A DNA stretch of 64,000 bases, from assembly GCA_951406725.2 (NCBI GenBank), contig OX597818.1:64542001-64606000 (forward strand). The letters are read 5' to 3'. Origin of the DNA: Octopus vulgaris. Its lineage: Eukaryota. The stretch's first letter is position 1. Every line of letters begins with the position of its first letter. The notes below the pieces were generated by a model, which saw only the letters and a program-made list of their open reading frames with translations, did no database searches and was not told the DNA's origin. This document shows positions 55,761-64,000 of this stretch, piece by piece. The translations under genes and the position numbers were made by a program.

Positions 55761-56355
55761 AATAAACGAATATATATATATACAGACAGACACACACATA
55801 CATATATGCTTGTGTGTGTGAGTGTCTATGTGTTCCATACAACACATTGAAACTTAGAAACAAAACTGACATCAGAAGTGAAGAGCAAGCATTTTCTTTT
55901 TTTATTTGTTCTTTGCAGAATATGCGGTTTTATGATACGATCTGATTCCCTTTTACAGATTAAACTTTTTAAACCCATCGACTGAAATATGAAAGGAGAT
56001 AAGTGAAAGGAAGATATTGAAAAAAACACGTTAAAACAATTGAAAGTAAATATAGGAACACAGATGTAACATATTACTATATTTACACTATCGTATATAC
56101 AATACGTAGAAGATAATCATATTACGCACATTTAGCATCCGTCTCTTCCATTTCCTTTCTTTTTCCCTCTTCAGGTTTACTGCTACAACGACGAAAACCC
56201 TGATCCTTTACTACGATTGCTATCAAGAAAACATCAACTTTGTAGATCGAACGCAGAGAAAATACATGTCAAAAGTCATATATATGCATCTTTTGTGCAG
56301 ATGTCGGCGTTGATGTGTATCTATGCATAGATGTACATATTTGTGTATGTGCGTG

Positions 56356-56399
<44 letters not shown>

Positions 56400-56529
56400 T
56401 ATACATATTTTTACTGATACAATAGAAATGCCTAATTGTGTTTTAATATGATTTCTCTATGTAAAATCAGTTATATGTAATAGAAAGAGAAGCGATATCA
56501 TTATAAGTCGTGCATGGTTTTCATTTCAT

Positions 56530-57127
56530 TTCTTCTAGTTTCAGCTCACGAGCTGTGGCCATGCTGGGGCACCGCCATTTGTTGTTGCTACATGATTTTA
56601 CTTCACGAATGCTTTTTAGCAACTGCCATTTGGTGCATGAGAGAGTTCGATGCAGCTGCCCTCATCTGCACCTCCTGCCGTGAAGTTGGTTCATCCGAGA
56701 CACCTGACAGGAAGAGATCCAGTCCTACTTTAAAGACATCTGCATCCACCCCATGCAGGTCCCTCAGGTTCTTCGGTAGGATATTGAAGAGCTATGGGCC
56801 TCTGAAGACCAGGCTATCACAGTATCCTGTCCTACATCTTGATGGCAAATTTGGAGTCCTTGGCACCACGCAGTAGCGCCCAGTTCTGGCATTTGTGTAA
56901 CTCTCGATGCCAAAGTTTGGGACAAGTCCTTCCAGGATCTTCCAGATCTATATTATGGCATATCTTTCTCGCCTACGCTTCAAGCAATAGAGTTTTAATC
57001 TCTTGAGTCTTTCCCATGTAGCTTATATGCTGCACAGAGGCTATCTTCTTCGTGTAGATTCGTTAGATCGCCTCAAGTTCTGTGATCAACTTGACACTGT
57101 ATGGTGACCATAGCTGAGAGCAATAGT
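56530..57127 (-). mobile_element. Old CR1/L2-group LINE 3' fragment (different family from 2247-3814)
   Basis: Minus-strand frames give YCSQLWSPYSVKLITELEAI...WERLKRLKLYCLKRRRERYAIIxIWKILEGLVPNFGIESYTNARTGRYCVVP...FNILPKNLRDLHGVDADVFKVGLDLFLSGVSDEP. Confidence 0.85.
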
Positions 57128-57526
57128 ATCATGGTTTCTAATAAAGAAACTTTTGAGAGGATGAGAGTCGAATGCAAATAATAATAATAAAATATTTGTA
57201 TATTAAAACTGTGAACACCCAAAACAAGAAAGCAACTCAGTTATATATGTAGCAACTTTAGCAAAAGAAAAAGAATTTCACGGTAAAACATACCTTAACG
57301 TGCTGAAAATAATATATTAAAGATAACGATGGAGGCGTTCTTCTCTGGTCTCACACGGTATTTACATTATTTATTGTATGGAATAGCTTTTAAACGCTTG
57401 TATTTTTCTGTTGGGTAAGCTATGATTGTTCTGTCACTCTATCTATTTATCCATCTATCTATTTGTATATACACACACATTAGTGTGTGTATGTATATGT
57501 ATATAAATATATATATATACATACAT

Positions 57527-57596
<70 letters not shown>

Positions 57597-57597
57597 T

Positions 57598-57880
57598 TTA
57601 ATTTGATTGAATTATCTTGACTGCGGCCATGCAGGAGCACCGTCTTTAGCCGAACAAATAAACTGTAGCACTTATTATTTGTAAGCCTAGTACTTATTGT
57701 ATCGGTCTCTTTTGCCGAACCGCTATTTTACGGGGATGCAAACACACCAGCATCCATTGTCAAGCGATGTTTGTGTGGGGGGACAAACACAGACACAGAA
57801 ACATATACACACACATACACACGCACACACACACAAACACACAGACACACAGACACACACACACACACATACACACACAG

Positions 57881-57937
<57 letters not shown>

Positions 57938-58090
57938 TACGACGGGCTTCTTTCAGTTTCGGTCCATCAAATCCACTCACAAGTCTTTGGTCAGCTCAAG
58001 TCTATCGTAGAAGACACTTACCCAAGGTGCCACGCAGTGGGACTGGACGCGGAACCATGTTGTTGGTAAGCAAGCTACTTACCACACAGC
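57598..58090 (-). mobile_element. SINE family C copy
   Basis: Reverse complement of 16342-16740 with an expanded CA/TA tract. Confidence 0.85.
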
Positions 58091-58725
58091 AAACATATAC
58101 AGGTCAAAATTATAAACGTGCGGGAATTGTGTTTATACATTTTCATTACATGAAAGAATCTACAAGACTGTACTACTAAATGATTTCCGTAAATAGTATG
58201 CTATACAACAATATGGCGTCCACCAAAATATTCTGACTTGAAAATGATTAAATTCTAGATGGTAAATTACTTTTACCGTTCAACAGTTGTCCCTGCTCAC
58301 TGAAGATACTCGAATCACCAAACAGTTTTTATAGTCTACCACATATTTATATATAGAATGCATTTTATATTAGTATATATATGTAACAGTAGGTTTCACT
58401 ATGAATAATAAAGACGATATCAATAATAAGTTAAAGATTTAACTGAAATGGATCTCCGTCGGTTACAATGATGCATATTCAGCAGTTTTCCTTCCGTTGA
58501 ATTCAGAAGATAGACAAATTGAATAAACGTAGATAATAAAGGTAAATTGGTGTTATTACCCTACCAGTAGGCAGTGTCACACGTTCCTCTGTTATTTTGC
58601 ACGGAACGAAGAGGTCGTAAATTGTTGTCAAAAATTTGTTATATATATATATATATATATACATGTGTGTGTGTGTGTGTTTACATATGCATGTACATAT
58701 GTACGTATGTGTATATATATATATA

Positions 58726-58762
<37 letters not shown>

Positions 58763-58828
58763 TCGAGGTGAGTACTTGATAATTATAAGCACCTGTGTAT
58801 ACCGTTTGGTGGGGTAGGTGGTGGAGTA

Positions 58829-60086
58829 AATTGATCAAAATAAAATAAAAACATGATGCGAAGGATTCAGCGGTACATATGTTTCGGACCTTTATTAGAC
58901 AGATTTATAACAATGCATAATGTATGTCTGTGGCCTTCTTCAGCCGCGCACAACAGCTTCCACAAGGACATGTGTTACATCAAAAGTTCTTGGTTGGGGA
59001 TGCAAATCCTCTCATTCGCGTACGACATAATGCGGCAGCAGCATAGAATTGAAGCGTCCATCTCTTTCTTCTCTCAATGTAGAATGAGGAAAATTGGATG
59101 TTGAGGTAATGTAAATAAATAAATACATATATAGAGGTGAAGATGGAGGGGCGAGAGTTCGGGACGAGGGATAAAAATGTATAAAAAGTGTAAGTATAGA
59201 ATAATATAAAAATGTAGAGGATAAAGATATAAAGAGTTGTAAGGAGATGTAAAGGGGTATAAAGAAATATAAAGAAATATAAATAAATGTAAAGGCATAA
59301 GGTTATAAAGTAAAAATAGAAATAGAAATAAAAGTAAAAAAACCTGATAAAACCATGATAAAAGTGAAAAAGAATGTAAAGATAAGGGATGTATAGAGGT
59401 TACGGACCAAGCATGGTGGTCAGGAGATTGATAAAATTTAGTTGTATAATTGTCAGTAAATCAACAGTTTCGTCTGGGGACTTAATGCGTTGTAAATCAG
59501 AGCTGATGAGCATTTAATCTGGTTCCTTGAATTAGAAGGACTTCTAGTACATACATATCATCATGGATACATACACCCACATACACGCGTACATATACGC
59601 CTCCAAGCCCATAAGCATACACACGCACTCGCGTGTAAACACGTACATAAACACACACGCACCCGCACGCACGCGCGTATACACACATACATACAACAGA
59701 ATATCCGCATATATACACGGACATTACGCGCGTACACGCTCACATGTATATACGCGCGCCCATCACTACATACACACACGTATATGCCCACGCCTCTAGG
59801 TCCAGGTATAAGATATTAAAGGATGTGTATAAGAACGTAAGTAAAGAATCCCGTACTCATGTCAATATGCGCACGCACACACGGCTGTGTGTCCGTATGT
59901 GCGTGCACATATACACTCATATACACACACAGAGAGACACACGCGCACATGGGTATAGCTATAAGATATCGAAGTATGCATGTACATATATGCGCGTGCA
60001 TATGTGTGTATGCGTATACACACGTACGCGGACGCTCGTATATTCAAAAGGTGGATCCATAGGTAAGTAAATAAACATATATAGAG
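58829..60086 (-). repeat. Left pseudo-LTR (3' UTR copy)
   Basis: Reverse complement of 62100-63358 with only a handful of differences seen; mirrored ORF pairs appear in the track (e.g. 59744..60070+ and 62116..62442-). Confidence 0.95.
58870..58947 (-). ncRNA. Hammerhead ribozyme in left pLTR
   Basis: GCGG-CTGAAGA-A-GGCC[~40 nt]GGTCC-GAA-ACATATGT-A-CCGC; palindromic stem III, GUA cleavage site. Confidence 0.85.
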
Positions 60087-60401
60087 GTGTAAAGCGATAA
60101 GTTAGGGGTAAGAATGAGGGTAAGGGTAAAGATTAGAAATAAAAAATACAGTATAAAATAAGAAATATAATGTAATAGTTAGAAATGAAGTATAAGAATT
60201 ATAAAAATTATAAGAGTTAAGGTAAGGGATGAAAATGAAAATGAGAATAAATGGAAGTAGAATAAAAGTAAAAATAAAATTAAAAATAAAAATAAATGGA
60301 AGTAGGATAAAAGTAAAAATAAAAGTAAAAAAGCGGGATGTGCTGGAGCCGACAGGTTGCACCGGGTGGGAGGAAATTGCATGGGGGAGTTGGTATAAGA
60401 C

Positions 60402-62099
60402 CTAAGCATTGTAGTATTTGAAAGTATTAATAAGTTTATGTATACAGGATGGTTTGAACTCTGACCTTTTGTTAATAAGATTGTGTTTGTCTTTGAATTT
60501 CAAGATGTTCAGGAGTTCTACACAGCATAGTTGGCATCCTGCTCTATTATTTAAATAAGGTGCAGCTGATCCGATGATGGACCATCTGAGTTTGAAGTCT
60601 ATGCATTTGTCTCTTAATTCCCAAATTCTTTTAGAGAGGGAGGTGCTGTTAGCCTTATGTCTGTGTCTCAGCGAGGACCGGTGGTTGTAGTATCTGGATT
60701 TCCAGGAGGTTGAGCAACCAATATAGGTGAGTGTGTTAAACTGAGTACTCACCTCACATGAGTATATTACGTTTTTCGCCCTACATGCGCCCTGCAGCGG
60801 GTACTCTGATGCACATCTGCAGTTACATTGCATTGCATTATTCGGTCGTGTGCTGCTAATCCCAGGCGGAGGTGTTGCAATACGAGTGGGGGCGTTGGTA
60901 TCCTCCTGGTTGTTGATGGGTGTAGTATTTCCTCTGTTGTGTTGGCGGGTGTTATTACTAACTGTTTGGGTAGTATGGCTGCCAGTCTGGTTATATTGTC
61001 TACTGTCTAGATGAGGGGGGTTCTGTTGGTCGCTATGGTTTGCTCTTGATCTAGCTGTTCTAATATTAATATAGTTATGTTTAGCTATGAGGCAGCTCAT
61101 GTTGGGCAGGGTAGAGTAGGAAATCCTAATAGTTTTGTTGGAGAAGATACTTCTATACTTGTGGGTGGGTGGGAAGTTGTTGGAAATTATAGAGAATATT
61201 CTCTTACATAACTTACCCCTAACTGCTAAGTTGAAAGGTATGTTGAACCATATATATTTGCGTAATCTACTATTATCCCTTCTATTTCTCCTAATAGGAT
61301 CTATATTGCTCTCGTCGGGAGGGTTACTATTGTGTGCTGTTCTATTAGTTCGCCTATTTCCTATACGTTGTTTGGAGTTTAAATTAGAATTATCGCTAGT
61401 GTGAGTTGAGTGCTGAGTTCGATTATAATTGGGAGTCTTATGACCGATGGACGCTCCCGGGTGTTCTACATATGATATTCTCTGGTTATACCCGGCACTA
61501 TAGAGAGCCTGGTTGTAGTGTTGTGCATGATTATTGAAAATTTCTCTATTAGAGGATAGTTTTGTCAGTCTGTCTGAGATGGCTTGGACCGTGGTGCTAA
61601 TTATACAGGGTGGATGGTTGGAAGAGGTATGGATGTATTTGGTAGTTTCTTCTGGTTTCCTATACGGGTAGTGAAGGTGCTTATTCAAATCTAACGTAAC
61701 ATCTAAGAAGTTTACTATTTTAGTATTGGTCATAAATTCTAGTTTAAGATTGAAGGATTTGAAAAAAAGCCTGATCTTTTTCCTAATTCTTTCTAGTTTA
61801 CTCCTATTGTTGGTGGGGTATATGAAGAGAGCGTCGTCTCTGTATAGACCCCCCTGAAGATCCGGTACCTCGGAGAAAAGCTTCTTGAGCAGGTAGGCCC
61901 CTGAGCTGAATCGCTCGAGCCCATAGCCACATCGAAATTGTCGGGGGTATCGGATCTGGTCCAGAGTCTACCGTCGAATTCTATTATGGTTTTTCTAGCT
62001 AATAGAATTATGTCAATTTTTTCTCTGTCTATGAGTGAAAGGTTGCGGGCAAAAATAAGGGATTTGTTAAGTAAGATGGGGGATATACTGGCGTAGTAG

Positions 62100-62100
<1 letters not shown>
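60402..62100 (-). pseudogene. PLE reverse transcriptase (C-terminal half) plus GIY-YIG endonuclease
   Basis: SYYASI...FDVAMGSSDSAQ [frameshift/deletion ~61902] AYLL...GLYRDDAL...VNFLDVTLDL...YRKP...SNHPP...IWFNIPF...ISYSTLPNM...CNCR...NVIY...YIGCST...CQLCCVE...LINKRSE...CIH. The FDVxMGS, GLYRDD and CxLC..E..NKRSE..CxH motifs are typical of Naiad/Chlamys PLEs. Confidence 0.9.
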
Positions 62101-63479
<1,379 letters not shown>

Positions 63480-63539
63480 CCAGCTAGACAGATAGATACT
63501 TATGTGTGTGTATATATATATATATAAATGTGGTGGGGG

Positions 63540-64000
63540 TGAATACAAGTATAAAACAAAAAATAATTAACTAACAATAGCCAGAATCGAACGTACAAAT
63601 CCACGCTAACACGACTCCTTGCGCATCCGATTGGGACAAATTCTCACCCATCAGTTCTAGCAAAGTTTAATGCATATATACTTAAACTGTCTTATAGTAC
63701 ATATAATAATATAAACAAACCAGAAATGCTTTGTGAGTTGAGGAGACAAACTACTTCTGGAAAACTCATACTATAATAATAACCGTAGAATGATATATAT
63801 CATAATAATACACATTCACCCAATTTAAGGGGTAGTTTATAAACACAAGCAAACAACAAAATTACGATGAATTAACCCTAGCCAGAACTGAAACTACAAA
63901 TCAACGATGACGTGGCTCTTTGCACATGAAATTGGGCCAGACGCTCACCAGGTAATTTCAGCCAAATTTAATGAATAGATACTTAAACTGTCGAATACTT
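63540..64000. repeat. Diverged tandem duplication with ~300-bp period, cut by the window end
   Basis: TAGCCAGAA..TACAAATC..ATTGGG..CTCACC..TTTAATG..ATACTTAAACTGTC recurs at ~63578-63691 and ~63879-63992. Confidence 0.75.

Noticed and set aside
56150-56330. Strong plus-strand splice acceptor at 56175
   Set aside because: No donor, no recognisable peptide and no linked exons.

Overview
AT-rich, microsatellite-saturated eukaryotic DNA. The density of (TA)n/(CA)n/(TATC)n/(ATT)n tracts and the tRNA-derived SINE families point to an octopod cephalopod (inference). Almost all ORFs in the track are microsatellite artefacts, and no host gene can be firmly called; there is one candidate first coding exon (MGNTL|GTAAGT, minus strand, 51534-51548). 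Real coding remnants are all transposable elements: two young 5'-truncated CR1/L2-group LINE copies, two older LINE fragments, one full-length but decayed mariner, one decayed mariner fragment, a Tc1/mariner-type MITE, and a young Naiad-type Penelope-like element (PLE; RT plus GIY-YIG) at 58758-63358 with near-identical ~1.26 kb inverted pseudo-LTRs. The most interesting signal is a set of sequence-unrelated small elements that each carry a type I hammerhead ribozyme (HHR) with a short or palindromic stem III. These are the Naiad pLTR pair, a tRNA-headed (Pol III-like) HHR element in inverted arrangement (14735-15254), a 209-bp TSD-flanked insert whose HHR has a swapped G3:C8 core pair (52055-52263), and a ~465-bp partial-tandem retrozyme-like unit (54558-55208), plus decayed relatives. 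Together they suggest a family of non-autonomous ribozyme retroelements mobilised by Penelope-like enzymes. All structures were read by eye; no ribozyme activity or database match has been tested.
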